Source: Candidatus Kapaibacterium sp.
Lineage (GTDB): Bacteria > Bacteroidota > Ignavibacteria > Kapaibacteriales > UBA2268
Assembly (NCBI GenBank): GCA_963664875.1
Contig: OY761611.1
Span: 2,112,001-2,176,000, forward strand
Length of the DNA: 64,000 nucleotides
Direction: 5' to 3'
In this document: positions 40,582-54,100 of the stretch, in pieces
Position numbering within the stretch: the stretch's first letter is position 1
Layout of the letters: each line of letters begins with the position of its first letter
Made by a program: the position numbers and the translations under genes
Notes under the pieces: model-generated
Database searches by the model: none
Seen by the model: only the letters and a program-made list of their open reading frames with translations
Told to the model about the DNA's origin: nothing

Positions 40582-41958
40582 ATGTACGCTTCGCACATAG
40601 GGAAGAAATTCCTGCAATATTACAACAAAAAACATGGGACTAACTATTCTGCAAAGGAATACTTTATAAAAGTACATTGGCCTTTGTTTTACGATGACCC
40701 TAATTATTTACACTATTCAGGAAACGACCCTATCGGACAGTTGACTAAGCAAAAAGATGTAAATAATCAACCAAAACAAAACATAGAAATTGAAAGAAGA
40801 ACTGCATTAGAGAAGTTAACATTAAAACTTGACAAATATGATTCTTCTGAATTAAAGTTTCCAAATGCAGGTATGAGTGTGTCGTTTCCTGCGGAGAGCC
40901 TAATAGGAACAACTTCAGGTCAAATTACTTCCTTATATCCTAATTTTAGATCTGAAGACTTGTATCTAGATTGGATAGGAATTGCTTTTACCATTGGCAT
41001 TGCAGGTGGTATAAATATACTCATCGACGATGAACAAGTTTTCGAATTTTTGGAAGAAGGATTTTCAATCTATAGAGAATACATAAAAGAGACCCCTGAA
41101 ATAAAAAATAAGATTGAAACATGGAATGGCATTTGGCTGATGCACAGAACTTCCAAACATTATGATTCTGATAATCCAAGATATCAATTTAATCCTGTGT
41201 CATTCAAAAAAGATAATATTGAAATGACACGCATCACTTGGATACAAATCTACTTTATCTTTTCGGATATTTCGGATAACGAAATTGTAAATGCTTATGT
41301 CTTTTCATTAGGACAGATGAATAAAACCATCGGGTTTATCCAGTTTATCATAAAGGATGTTAAGAGACTATCTCATTTATATAAAGAATTATATTCAAAC
41401 AATGAAAGTCTCTTAAATAAAAAACTATCAATGATTTATGAGACCGAAAGAGGTTTCTATGTTACGTGTCAAAGTGGAGTTGTCGGTCTAAAACAACTCG
41501 AACCTAAAGACTTCAAAAAATTTATGCATCCGGGAGCAAATGGCACTTATCCCAAACCAAAGACAGATGAAAACTCACAAATCAGTTATTATATTTACAA
41601 ACTATGGATTGTTGCTATGTTAAATAACAAAGACATGTTAGAATTAGCTAAAGAATCTGCAAACGCCTTTAGAGACTTCACCAAGCTAATTAAGAGAGTG
41701 GGTACTGCAAAGGACACCATAATTTCAGCAATTCTCGAAGCTAAAAGTAAAAAGGCATTTGTTGATGCTATTAATGATTTATTAAGCTCGAAAGACTTCA
41801 AAGCAGAAGTGTTCATGGAGTTTGACGGGAATCCTTCTTTAGCTTCTGTTTTAGAAAAACTTGTTGAAGCAGCGATGTTAGACATTGCCACTGACAACTT
41901 ACCGTTATTCATTTCACTTTTAAAATTCGAATATCTAATCAATAACTTGGAGAAATAA
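40582..41958 (+). CDS. cas8: Putative Cas8b-like large subunit
   Basis: Size and position between cas3 and cas7; helical C-terminal Cas11-like region; no strong motif. Confidence 0.6.
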   Translation: MYASHIGKKFLQYYNKKHGTNYSAKEYFIKVHWPLFYDDPNYLHYSGNDPIGQLTKQKDVNNQPKQNIEIERRTALEKLTLKLDKYDSSELKFPNAGMSVSFPAESLIGTTSGQITSLYPNFRSEDLYLDWIGIAFTIGIAGGINILIDDEQVFEFLEEGFSIYREYIKETPEIKNKIETWNGIWLMHRTSKHYDSDNPRYQFNPVSFKKDNIEMTRITWIQIYFIFSDISDNEIVNAYVFSLGQMNKTIGFIQFIIKDVKRLSHLYKELYSNNESLLNKKLSMIYETERGFYVTCQSGVVGLKQLEPKDFKKFMHPGANGTYPKPKTDENSQISYYIYKLWIVAMLNNKDMLELAKESANAFRDFTKLIKRVGTAKDTIISAILEAKSKKAFVDAINDLLSSKDFKAEVFMEFDGNPSLASVLEKLVEAAMLDIATDNLPLFISLLKFEYLINNLEK

Positions 41959-41959
41959 T

Positions 41960-43030
41960 ATGAAACAGGATTTTTTATATATCCGCGGCTTAAAACATGC
42001 AGATCATACTGTATTTGCAGTGACTGAAGGGCAAAAAAACTACTGGGACAATCAGTTTGACAGACGTGTTGCATACTCAAGTGGCCAACAAGTGAAAAGA
42101 CAAATTTTGGAAAATGTTCTCAGTTTTTTGGGTGAAGAACCTACTCCAATTACATTTTACTTCGAAAACAAAAGTAAAATGAAAGAGTTAGAAGTTACTT
42201 CACCTGCTAATCCAAAATACACAGACCAACTATTAGGGGGCTGGATGGTTGCAAAATCTAAAACTTCAAAAGATGCAGGCAGAACTGTAAAAAGAAGAAG
42301 TCCACTTTCAATATCTGCTATGCGACCTTTGCATCCTTTATTGAGTAATATTGATAGTGAAAATGTGTCCTTTGATAGAAGCGACAGACCTGATTTGCAT
42401 AAAGTAGTTGTTTATGAAGGTACAGCAGGAACAAAAGAGTTAACTTCCGAAGAAATTGCTGAAGCTCTTAGCGGCTCTGACAGAAGTTTACGTAGAAAAT
42501 GGATACAAGATAATAAAAGAACGAGCGGCTTATTTGTGTACGATATTTGTATTGACATGAGAACACTTTTTGCTGTTTCTTTGAGCGATACTGAGCCCGA
42601 ACTTACACCGGAAACAATTGAAGAATTACTAAATGAGGGTTGGGTAAAAAGTACAAACGCTTTTGGACCTTGTCTGATTGCACCAAAAAATATTAGAGAA
42701 AAGATTATTCCGGCACTTGCCAACTCAATTGTAAATTGGCGAATTGCTACAAATCAATCTCGTACATTTTCTCTTATGGAAACTCTTGCTATTGCAACAA
42801 GTGACAATGCTAATCAGCTTGCAGGTGCGATTAGAGCTCAACTCGTTCCTGAAGTGGAAAGACCAAAAGCCAAACCAATTATCGACGAAACGGCTAAAGC
42901 AGATATATTTGTTTCACTTCCATGTGATGGCTATATCGAAAATGCTCACGGCACTGCCAACGCCCTCGACGATGCCCAAGCTCACATCACTAAAATTCTT
43001 AGTGAGTATGACTATGAAAATCAAATGTAA
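41960..43030 (+). CDS. cas7: Cas7 backbone subunit
   Basis: YSSGQQVKR, DQLLGGWM, KRRSPLSISAMRP, GLFVYD. Confidence 0.82.
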   Translation: MKQDFLYIRGLKHADHTVFAVTEGQKNYWDNQFDRRVAYSSGQQVKRQILENVLSFLGEEPTPITFYFENKSKMKELEVTSPANPKYTDQLLGGWMVAKSKTSKDAGRTVKRRSPLSISAMRPLHPLLSNIDSENVSFDRSDRPDLHKVVVYEGTAGTKELTSEEIAEALSGSDRSLRRKWIQDNKRTSGLFVYDICIDMRTLFAVSLSDTEPELTPETIEELLNEGWVKSTNAFGPCLIAPKNIREKIIPALANSIVNWRIATNQSRTFSLMETLAIATSDNANQLAGAIRAQLVPEVERPKAKPIIDETAKADIFVSLPCDGYIENAHGTANALDDAQAHITKILSEYDYENQM

Positions 43031-43035
43031 CGCTT

Positions 43036-43551
43036 ATGTTTGATCAGATTTATAAATCGCTTTCCGCTACAGGCACTGAGATTAACTATTTCTTTGTCTG
43101 TAAGCGGAAGCTTTGGTACTCAGCTCATCAGATTAACTGCGAAAACGAAAGTGATAATGTAGCTGCCGGTAATCTTTTGCACTCTGCCTCCTACCAAAAT
43201 AAAAGAAAAGAATACCTTTTCGATAAAATCAAAATTGACTGGTTGGATCTGAAAAACGGAATCATCCACGAAGTCAAAAAGTCTGACAAAATGGAAGAGG
43301 CTCACCTCTGGCAGCTTAAATACTATCTGCACTATTTCCGAGAAAAAGGTATTGGCAACTTCACCGGCGAACTAAACTATCCTCTACAAAAAAGCAAACT
43401 CACGGTTTCACTCGAAGATGATGATATCCCTAAATTGGAAAAGCTGCTGGAGGATATAGAAGCCATAAAACTGCTCGAAACAGTGCCGCCTTTGCCTTCA
43501 AAGAAGTCAATTTGTAATAAGTGCGCATACTATGAGCTGTGCTATATCTAA
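43036..43551 (+). CDS. cas4: Cas4 nuclease
   Basis: NYFFVCKRKLW, KID, HEVKKS, QLKYY, C..C.Y...C Fe-S motif. Confidence 0.93.
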   Translation: MFDQIYKSLSATGTEINYFFVCKRKLWYSAHQINCENESDNVAAGNLLHSASYQNKRKEYLFDKIKIDWLDLKNGIIHEVKKSDKMEEAHLWQLKYYLHYFREKGIGNFTGELNYPLQKSKLTVSLEDDDIPKLEKLLEDIEAIKLLETVPPLPSKKSICNKCAYYELCYI

Positions 43552-43560
43552 GGGGAACTT

Positions 43561-44634
43561 ATGAAAAAAAATATGTTTATTTTTACTCCGGGGAAGCTAT
43601 CGAGAAAAGATAATACCGTTTTTTATATGCCGTTTGCGTTTCCTACAGAAGCGGATGACGAGCAGTTGCAGGAAGAAATACTGCTTTCTATCGATAGTGA
43701 GCAGCCGGAAACTAACAGAGGTAACAAAAAAGTGCTGCCTATTGCCGACATTGATTCATTTTATATTATGACCGAAGCAAGCTACAATACTAAGTTTTTA
43801 GAGTTTTGTTCACAAAATAGCATAAGTATCCATTACTTTAACCGATTCGGATTTTACTACGGCTCATTTATTGGCAAAAGCAAACTCCAAAGCGGATATG
43901 CCCTTGTGCATCAGGTAGAGCATTACAAAAACAAGAAAAAGCGTCTTGCCCTTGCAAAATCTTTTGTTCGAGGTGCCGCATTTAACATTAGTAAAAATCT
44001 GAAATACTACAACAATCGCGAAAAAGACATGAGTGCCCAGCTTGACACAATTGAGTCTGTGCTTTATGAAATAGACGAAGCACAGGATATTGAGCACATT
44101 ATGAATGTGGAAGGCAGGATTCGCAAAATATACTATACTGCTTATAACGAGATATTGTCGAATGGATTTAAGTTCGAGAGGCGAAAATACAATCCGCCGA
44201 CCGACCCGATAAATGCGATAATTTCATATTGCAATTCGCTTGTTTATACTACTTGTTTGTCCGAGCTTTATCACACCCAGTTAGAACCGACAGTCTCGTT
44301 CCTGCACCAACCAAGCGAAAGGCGTTACTCTTTAGCGCTGGACTTGGCAGAGATATTCAAGCCTCTTATAGCAGACAGAATGATGTTCAAACTCATCAAT
44401 CAGGGGCAGCTCAAGCTAAATGATTTTGAAAAAGACCTTAACTACTGCTATCTCAAAGAATCCGGCAGAAAGAAAATCACACAGGAATATGACAAACGAC
44501 TACAAAAAACTATCAAACACAGAGATCTAAACAGAAATGTATCCTATCGCCGGCTAATCCGACTCGAATGTTACAAGCTGATAAAACACATCACCGGCGA
44601 AAAAGAATATGTACCATTTAAGGCATGGTGGTAG
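43561..44634 (+). CDS. cas1: Type I-B Cas1 with N-terminal acidic insertion
   Basis: RKDNT, EG.IR..YY, PP.DPINA.IS, SFLH, SLALDLAEIFKP, FKAWW. Confidence 0.95.
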   Translation: MKKNMFIFTPGKLSRKDNTVFYMPFAFPTEADDEQLQEEILLSIDSEQPETNRGNKKVLPIADIDSFYIMTEASYNTKFLEFCSQNSISIHYFNRFGFYYGSFIGKSKLQSGYALVHQVEHYKNKKKRLALAKSFVRGAAFNISKNLKYYNNREKDMSAQLDTIESVLYEIDEAQDIEHIMNVEGRIRKIYYTAYNEILSNGFKFERRKYNPPTDPINAIISYCNSLVYTTCLSELYHTQLEPTVSFLHQPSERRYSLALDLAEIFKPLIADRMMFKLINQGQLKLNDFEKDLNYCYLKESGRKKITQEYDKRLQKTIKHRDLNRNVSYRRLIRLECYKLIKHITGEKEYVPFKAWW

Positions 44635-44635
44635 T

Positions 44636-44902
44636 ATGTATTACATAGTAGTTTACGACATCAACGAAAAGCGTGTCAATAAAATGCTGAAGCTATGTCG
44701 GCAGTATTTGCACTGGGTGCAAAATTCAACATTTGAAGGCGAACTGACACCGGTGCAAATGGCAGAATTAAAAATGCGAGCCAAGCAGATAATGATCAAT
44801 GAAGAAGACTCATTAATCATTTATAAAATACGCTCGGATAAGTACTTAGACAAAGAAATGATGGGCAAGGACAAGAGTGACTTGACTTCAAATTTCATAT
44901 AA
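44636..44902 (+). CDS. cas2: Cas2
   Basis: YYIVVYDI...RV.K..K.CRQYL.WVQNSTFEG. Confidence 0.95.
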   Translation: MYYIVVYDINEKRVNKMLKLCRQYLHWVQNSTFEGELTPVQMAELKMRAKQIMINEEDSLIIYKIRSDKYLDKEMMGKDKSDLTSNFI

Positions 44903-45124
44903 TTGGTCGTCGGGCTATAAAAATCCGGACATTTTTTCTCAAAAAACAGGAGACAAATCAACTTTGTTCTTTGACAACTTAGAAATAAAGGGAACATAGA
45001 GATAGTTGTCGCAGTCCCGAGGAAAAAGCAGAATAGCACATCGACAACAGGAGCAATCAAAAACGAATATAAAAAACGACGAAAATAGAAAATATTCGTA
45101 TATTTGCCTATGAAAATTGTCGGC
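44903..45124 (+). promoter_or_regulatory. CRISPR leader
   Basis: A-rich non-coding ~220 bp between cas2 and first repeat, with GTCG/CGAC motifs. Confidence 0.75.
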
Positions 45125-48100
45125 CATCTAATCGCACCACTGTAGTATTGAAATGTTGCATTGTGTCTATGCCAAAGAATAGTGCCGATACATCTAATCG
45201 CACCACTGTAGTATTGAAATCATCACAAACGCAAAGCACAAGTTTATTGTTTTTTCATCTAATCGCACCACTGTAGTATTGAAATAAAATTTTAGCAAGT
45301 TTTTTTGAATAAATTGCGTATCATCTAATCGCACCACTGTAGTATTGAAATAATGTAGCAGAGTCTATTAAGTCGTTCGCTTCCTTTCATCTAATCGCAC
45401 CACTGTAGTATTGAAATGATATTTGCTCTCTAATAAAGTTAAATATGTTTACACATCTAATCGCACCACTGTAGTATTGAAATTTTTGTAATAATACCAT
45501 AGCGGCTCTAATTTGAGTACATCTAATCGCACCACTGTAGTATTGAAATAATAAAAACAGTTTATAGCTTGTTTATGTAGCTCGTCATCTAATCGCACCA
45601 CTGTAGTATTGAAATTCGATTGCTCCACCTTTCCAAAATCCTTTTGCATTTGCATCTAATCGCACCACTGTAGTATTGAAATAATAATTCTTATGTATTG
45701 TACCATATTTACGCAGTCGGCATCTAATCGCACCACTGTAGTATTGAAATACTGATAACTTATAAGCATTTAATACAGACGTTAATCATCTAATCGCACC
45801 ACTGTAGTATTGAAATTTAGGTTCTGAAATTCCATTACTTTCAGTAGATGTCATCTAATCGCACCACTGTAGTATTGAAATGTGAATTGTGAAATACTAT
45901 TAGTTATAGCTGTTAACATCTAATCGCACCACTGTAGTATTGAAATCTCGATAAACTCTATATCGGATAAGTCAAATATTGTCATCTAATCGCACCACTG
46001 TAGTATTGAAATTGCCAAACGTGGAATATACAACTTAGTCAATATCGGCATCTAATCGCACCACTGTAGTATTGAAATTCAAACCTTGCAACGCCTTGCA
46101 ATTTCAATTCAATTTCATCTAATCGCACCACTGTAGTATTGAAATCTAAGATTAACAAAGACGATGCACAATTAAACAGCGACATCTAATCGCACCACTG
46201 TAGTATTGAAATACGTATTCGTAAGCTAAAGTTAAATCTACTGTAACGTCATCTAATCGCACCACTGTAGTATTGAAATTTGGAGTTACAGTTAGATTCT
46301 CTGTCGTTGTTTGGCCATCTAATCGCACCACTGTAGTATTGAAATGTAAATAACAGAGCTATTCACTATCTCTACGAGCAACATCTAATCGCACCACTGT
46401 AGTATTGAAATCATGGGAAACTATATCATATCAGGAACAACTTGAAACATCTAATCGCACCACTGTAGTATTGAAATACTAAAATTATGATAGTAAGCTA
46501 TCTCTGCGGCGTTCATCTAATCGCACCACTGTAGTATTGAAATAGGAATTTCCCCGGCTACATATTTAATAATTCGTGACATCTAATCGCACCACTGTAG
46601 TATTGAAATTCAATACTCTGAAAAATGTCACAAGCTCTGAGTCAACATCTAATCGCACCACTGTAGTATTGAAATTTGCAAGGGCAATACCTTTAGCACG
46701 ATCATTGAAACATCTAATCGCACCACTGTAGTATTGAAATCATTTTGTTAAACAACATATTGATTCTAAAATTCCCGCATCTAATCGCACCACTGTAGTA
46801 TTGAAATGTGTTTTTTACAGTGCGATTGAAAGTATCAAATTCGCATCTAATCGCACCACTGTAGTATTGAAATTTTAATGGTTAGTTATGATATTAATAC
46901 TATCCTCAAACATCTAATCGCACCACTGTAGTATTGAAATGGCTGACGAGTCGTAGAGCTTGGGTCTTGAAACCTACATCTAATCGCACCACTGTAGTAT
47001 TGAAATCTGCATAAACGGCAGCCGCTGCAAGACCGCCCATTACATCTAATCGCACCACTGTAGTATTGAAATTGCGTTCGCTTTGTCAAAACCTACTGTT
47101 TTTATATCCATCTAATCGCACCACTGTAGTATTGAAATGTATGTAATCACTTAAATTAACTGATTTAATATTCCATCTAATCGCACCACTGTAGTATTGA
47201 AATCTCGAATATTGTTTTAGCCTTGATATTGCTCTTTGCATCTAATCGCACCACTGTAGTATTGAAATACCGCACAGGCAGCTACTCAAATTAGAGCTGC
47301 TATGGCATCTAATCGCACCACTGTAGTATTGAAATTCGACAACGGGGCGACGTGGCGTAAATTTGAAACGGCATCTAATCGCACCACTGTAGTATTGAAA
47401 TAAATCTAAAGCAAGCATCTCTAATTCAATATCATTGACATCTAATCGCACCACTGTAGTATTGAAATTATCAAATAGTTGCTACTGAAAAGATAATTGA
47501 AGAACATCTAATCGCACCACTGTAGTATTGAAATATTACTACAATGGCTATAAGTCAGACGACGGTAAACCCATCTAATCGCACCACTGTAGTATTGAAA
47601 TTGATGTAACATTAACTTTAGAGGGTACTGATAATGCATCTAATCGCACCACTGTAGTATTGAAATATAGTGCCTTATGCTATTCAAGCATTCAAAGATT
47701 ATCATCTAATCGCACCACTGTAGTATTGAAATCGATTGAGAATTACGTTATGATCGATAGCCGTTTGCCATCTAATCGCACCACTGTAGTATTGAAATGA
47801 TGTTAGAATTTCTTTAAAATCGGTATCGTATTCGCATCTAATCGCACCACTGTAGTATTGAAATGCTATTAAGTTATAATCTTGTGCTTTTGGAATTGCC
47901 ATCTAATCGCACCACTGTAGTATTGAAATTTAAAAACATCAGTAGAGGCATTAAGCGACGTTGTTCATCTAATCGCACCACTGTAGTATTGAAATTAATG
48001 CAAGATAATTACTATGTAGAAGCGCCAATTTCATCTAATCGCACCACTGTAGTATTGAAATATAGTTAGATATTCAAAAGGGCTTGCAATGGTAAGACAT

Positions 48101-51100
48101 CTAATCGCACCACTGTAGTATTGAAATTTTTGTGAAACAGCAAGCTCTAAAGACTTATTAACCATCTAATCGCACCACTGTAGTATTGAAATCAGTTCAA
48201 AGATTTCTTGCTCTGTCATATCTCGCATCATCTAATCGCACCACTGTAGTATTGAAATTTCGCAAGCAGAAAATCTTGCGGAGGGCTTTATTAGCATCTA
48301 ATCGCACCACTGTAGTATTGAAATTTGACTGCAATGTTTCGTTTGGTATGTATTCGAGGCATCTAATCGCACCACTGTAGTATTGAAATAATAATACGGA
48401 TAACACAGTAACTGACAATACTGATCATCTAATCGCACCACTGTAGTATTGAAATCCAAATAGCGTTTGGCTTCTCGCATCAACAAAACAACATCTAATC
48501 GCACCACTGTAGTATTGAAATTTTTCAAAAACTTTATTAGTGTAGAAGTCCCAAACTACATCTAATCGCACCACTGTAGTATTGAAATTATTAAAATAAA
48601 ATAATTGTATAATTCAAAACTTTTCATCTAATCGCACCACTGTAGTATTGAAATGAATTGTAATCATTTGTTACTAAAGTTTGATACAAACATCTAATCG
48701 CACCACTGTAGTATTGAAATATGAGTATAATCAGGCACTTGCAATCAGCGATAATGCATCTAATCGCACCACTGTAGTATTGAAATTAAGCCAAAAACAA
48801 GACCTATGACTAAAGAGGAAATCATCTAATCGCACCACTGTAGTATTGAAATACTAAATACATAGAAATTGGTTCTTTGGAATCTGACATCTAATCGCAC
48901 CACTGTAGTATTGAAATACCGACAGATAATAAATTATTTTATGATACTAAAGCCATCTAATCGCACCACTGTAGTATTGAAATCAGTACAACAATTAACT
49001 CTGTTAAAGCTATGGATAACATCTAATCGCACCACTGTAGTATTGAAATTTTTCAAAAACTTTATTAGTGTAGAAGTCCCAAACTCATCTAATCGCACCA
49101 CTGTAGTATTGAAATTTCTATCCTTAAAAGAATGAGCAAAAAGCCTATCCACATCTAATCGCACCACTGTAGTATTGAAATTATCTACTCGATTAAAAAC
49201 AATATTGTCCGTGTCAGCATCTAATCGCACCACTGTAGTATTGAAATGCTGGTGAAGCTATTATACCACTTGACAAGTTGCCAACATCTAATCGCACCAC
49301 TGTAGTATTGAAATTTCTGTTTATAAAATTAACTAACTTACTATCTTTGCATCTAATCGCACCACTGTAGTATTGAAATGATTATACTCATCGGTTTGCA
49401 AAAATCGTTCAATATCATCTAATCGCACCACTGTAGTATTGAAATCCAAAATATGATAGTCTTTGCCTGTAATCTTATTCATCATCTAATCGCACCACTG
49501 TAGTATTGAAATTTTATTTTCATAAATTACTAAACTCGGATTTCTATCCATCTAATCGCACCACTGTAGTATTGAAATCCATGAATGACAAAATCACAAT
49601 TTTCTTTATGGAAGCATCTAATCGCACCACTGTAGTATTGAAATATTTATGAAAAACATATCTGTTAGAAAAATATTCAAACATCTAATCGCACCACTGT
49701 AGTATTGAAATCTTGTATTAGTTCCTGTAAAGTTACCGAAAACTTGCCATCTAATCGCACCACTGTAGTATTGAAATTATGTTTGGAGTGCAAGAGCTTT
49801 GGACTTTAGCAAGCATCTAATCGCACCACTGTAGTATTGAAATTTAAATTCATAGCTAAAGATTTAGTTTTAGTGCCACATCTAATCGCACCACTGTAGT
49901 ATTGAAATTTGCAATAAGCGATGTAACAGACTTACAGTCAGAGCTTCATCTAATCGCACCACTGTAGTATTGAAATAACTTTAGCCAAAATTCAGGTCAA
50001 TATTATGATAATCATCTAATCGCACCACTGTAGTATTGAAATCCTGCTGGTTCGATAATGCTTGCACTTTCGGCAGGCATCTAATCGCACCACTGTAGTA
50101 TTGAAATCTTTGTATTTGATAACATTCAAAATAACACGAAGTAACATCTAATCGCACCACTGTAGTATTGAAATTCAAATTGTTGCGACTTAGTCAAAAC
50201 TCGCAATTCCATCTAATCGCACCACTGTAGTATTGAAATAAGTCAGGAGATTACTTAGTTTGGAATTACGGAAGTGCATCTAATCGCACCACTGTAGTAT
50301 TGAAATTATAGACCATCAGATGATGACGGATTAGTACCATTTCATCTAATCGCACCACTGTAGTATTGAAATCACGGTACACATACTATGGTGGCTCTCG
50401 CTTTAATCATCTAATCGCACCACTGTAGTATTGAAATTTAAATTTGCATTTAGCTTTGACTGCTCGCTTCCGCATCTAATCGCACCACTGTAGTATTGAA
50501 ATTTAATCAATGGCTTGTTAACTCGTATAGTTTCGAGCACATCTAATCGCACCACTGTAGTATTGAAATCGTAAGGTTTGCGGTTCATAAGTTTGAGTAC
50601 TTGAACCATCTAATCGCACCACTGTAGTATTGAAATGACACATATTATCAGATTATAGATGACGATGATTCTCATCTAATCGCACCACTGTAGTATTGAA
50701 ATTGCGGAATCGGTCCATATAAGAGCTATGACAGAATCCATCTAATCGCACCACTGTAGTATTGAAATAACGGTCGACGTTGGATATATTAAAGTCCAAT
50801 ACACCATCTAATCGCACCACTGTAGTATTGAAATAGATTTTGATTTATATTACGAAACAGCCGACACAGACATCTAATCGCACCACTGTAGTATTGAAAT
50901 GTAGTATTTTTACGTACTCTGTAATTTTGAGCCGCAACATCTAATCGCACCACTGTAGTATTGAAATAATATAAAAGTAATCGGATTTATAATTTTGTCT
51001 CCACATCTAATCGCACCACTGTAGTATTGAAATCTTGTTCAAAGAGCTGCATAACATTATAACCGTCCGCATCTAATCGCACCACTGTAGTATTGAAATG

Positions 51101-54100
51101 AACTAATACTTGACATTTTGCCCCTGATTTATCTGACATCTAATCGCACCACTGTAGTATTGAAATATGTTATCCTCACCTGTTTCAGCACCACCGATAT
51201 TGCCATCTAATCGCACCACTGTAGTATTGAAATATTGAACTTGTGCATAATTAGTATTTATCTTCTCTCATCTAATCGCACCACTGTAGTATTGAAATTA
51301 GAAAGGATTTAAAACGCAAACATTTGATAGAAAACATCTAATCGCACCACTGTAGTATTGAAATTTTTTTAAATTGTCATTAGTGCCGTCGGGTTGGTCG
51401 CATCTAATCGCACCACTGTAGTATTGAAATTAATAAATATCTAATCAATTTATAATCTTCTTTCTCAACATCTAATCGCACCACTGTAGTATTGAAATGA
51501 GCTTTGATATTTGTAGTCCGAAAGATTCATTTTTCATCTAATCGCACCACTGTAGTATTGAAATTTATTCATTGCTTTTAACATTGGACGGTACTTGTTA
51601 GCATCTAATCGCACCACTGTAGTATTGAAATTTGACTACGTTGTTCTCTTTACATATTCTAAATACCCATCTAATCGCACCACTGTAGTATTGAAATACA
51701 TTTGCCTATAACTATATGCAAAATGTTAGTCGTCATCTAATCGCACCACTGTAGTATTGAAATTTGCTATTTGCTTACACTTCTTACTAATTTTACTTAC
51801 ATCTAATCGCACCACTGTAGTATTGAAATTACTGAGTGCAATGTGGGAAATGACAGAGGCGGCAACATCTAATCGCACCACTGTAGTATTGAAATACAAT
51901 TAAAGCCGATTCAGCTTCAGGAATGCCCTGTCATCTAATCGCACCACTGTAGTATTGAAATAACTCAATTATAGACAATATGTTTGATTTCCAAAAACAT
52001 CTAATCGCACCACTGTAGTATTGAAATCGTTCTAAGGCTGCGATTATATTGCTGAATTGTTGCCATCTAATCGCACCACTGTAGTATTGAAATGCTACGA
52101 CAAATTATGTCGTAATGTTTACAATCCATCATCTAATCGCACCACTGTAGTATTGAAATACGCTACCCGTCACCGTGCAAATAGGGCGTTTGTATCATCT
52201 AATCGCACCACTGTAGTATTGAAATTAAAATTTTTTCAATAGGTCTCGTTCGGCAATATATCATCTAATCGCACCACTGTAGTATTGAAATAAGCTTACG
52301 AGGGCTCAATAACAGAATTAAGTCAAACATCTAATCGCACCACTGTAGTATTGAAATTCGTTCACGGCATCCATTACGACCTGCCCTTGCGACATCTAAT
52401 CGCACCACTGTAGTATTGAAATGCACAATACAGATATTCTTGTCGTGTTATAGCTATACATCTAATCGCACCACTGTAGTATTGAAATGAACGCGCGACG
52501 TTAACAAAAAACAGCTTCGTTGCCATCTAATCGCACCACTGTAGTATTGAAATTAAAGACCCAACAACGGGAGCAAATATCAAGTTCTGGCATCTAATCG
52601 CACCACTGTAGTATTGAAATTTTAACGATGCTCGTATAGTATCTATATGTAACTCTTCATCTAATCGCACCACTGTAGTATTGAAATCATTTGCTCACAT
52701 TTGGTTTGCTATTGTGCAGGCTCCATCTAATCGCACCACTGTAGTATTGAAATTTTTGATTATACTTTATTACTAAGTCGTAATATTGCATCTAATCGCA
52801 CCACTGTAGTATTGAAATTTTTTGAAAACAAGTATATAGTCAGGCTGAGCTGTCATCTAATCGCACCACTGTAGTATTGAAATGTAGAAGAAGCGTTGCA
52901 CTTAAATTGTCTGCTATGCATCTAATCGCACCACTGTAGTATTGAAATACAAGTAATGGATAAGAAAAAAGGAATATAGAATGACATCTAATCGCACCAC
53001 TGTAGTATTGAAATCTTGGCTCTACACAAGCCCCGGAAGAATACTATCCTCATCTAATCGCACCACTGTAGTATTGAAATCCTTTAATACCATGTAATTG
53101 ACTGGTTTATTTCAATCATCTAATCGCACCACTGTAGTATTGAAATGTAAAATTACCAAAAACTTGCACTACTCCTGCACTACATCTAATCGCACCACTG
53201 TAGTATTGAAATAAGTCTAAAATGCTTGCTTCCTGTATCGGTTTAATTGCATCTAATCACACCACTGTAGTATTGAAATTATGGTGGTGCTGGGGAAGTA
53301 TTTAAAGGTCAAGACATCTAATCGCACCACTGTAGTATTGAAATCACGCTTAAATATATAATTAACTTGTTAAACAAACACATCTAATCGCACCACTGTA
53401 GTATTGAAATCTTGGTAGTGGGGGGATATGGAGCGACTCGGCACAACATCTAATCGCACCACTGTAGTATTGAAATAAGAACACAATATCCGCTTGATGC
53501 AGGAAGAACTTTGCATCTAATCGCACCACTGTAGTATTGAAATTAAAGTACCCTCGCCTTTACGTGGGTTCGCACCCGCATCTAATCGCACCACTGTAGT
53601 ATTGAAATACCAAAGACACATAAAGAATGTAAATAAATTTCCACATCTAATCGCACCACTGTAGTATTGAAATTCAGCACTAAACAAGAAGTCAATAGTT
53701 GTCGTCCCGCATCTAATCGCACCACTGTAGTATTGAAATTAAGAACCGAATAGTAGTAAGATACCTAATACTATCCATCTAATCGCACCACTGTAGTATT
53801 GAAATGATACTATGCAACTGGGTAGCGTAACAGAGGTATTTGCATCTAATCGCACCACTGTAGTATTGAAATTATGGTGGTGCTGGGGAAGTATTTAAAG
53901 GTCAAGACATCTAATCGCACCACTGTAGTATTGAAATCACGCTTAAATATATAATTAACTTGTTAAACAAACACATCTAATCGCACCACTGTAGTATTGA
54001 AATCTTGGTAGTGGGGGGATATGGAGCGACTCGGCACAACATCTAATCGCACCACTGTAGTATTGAAAAATCAGTAGAATTGCAGATATTAAAAGAACGT

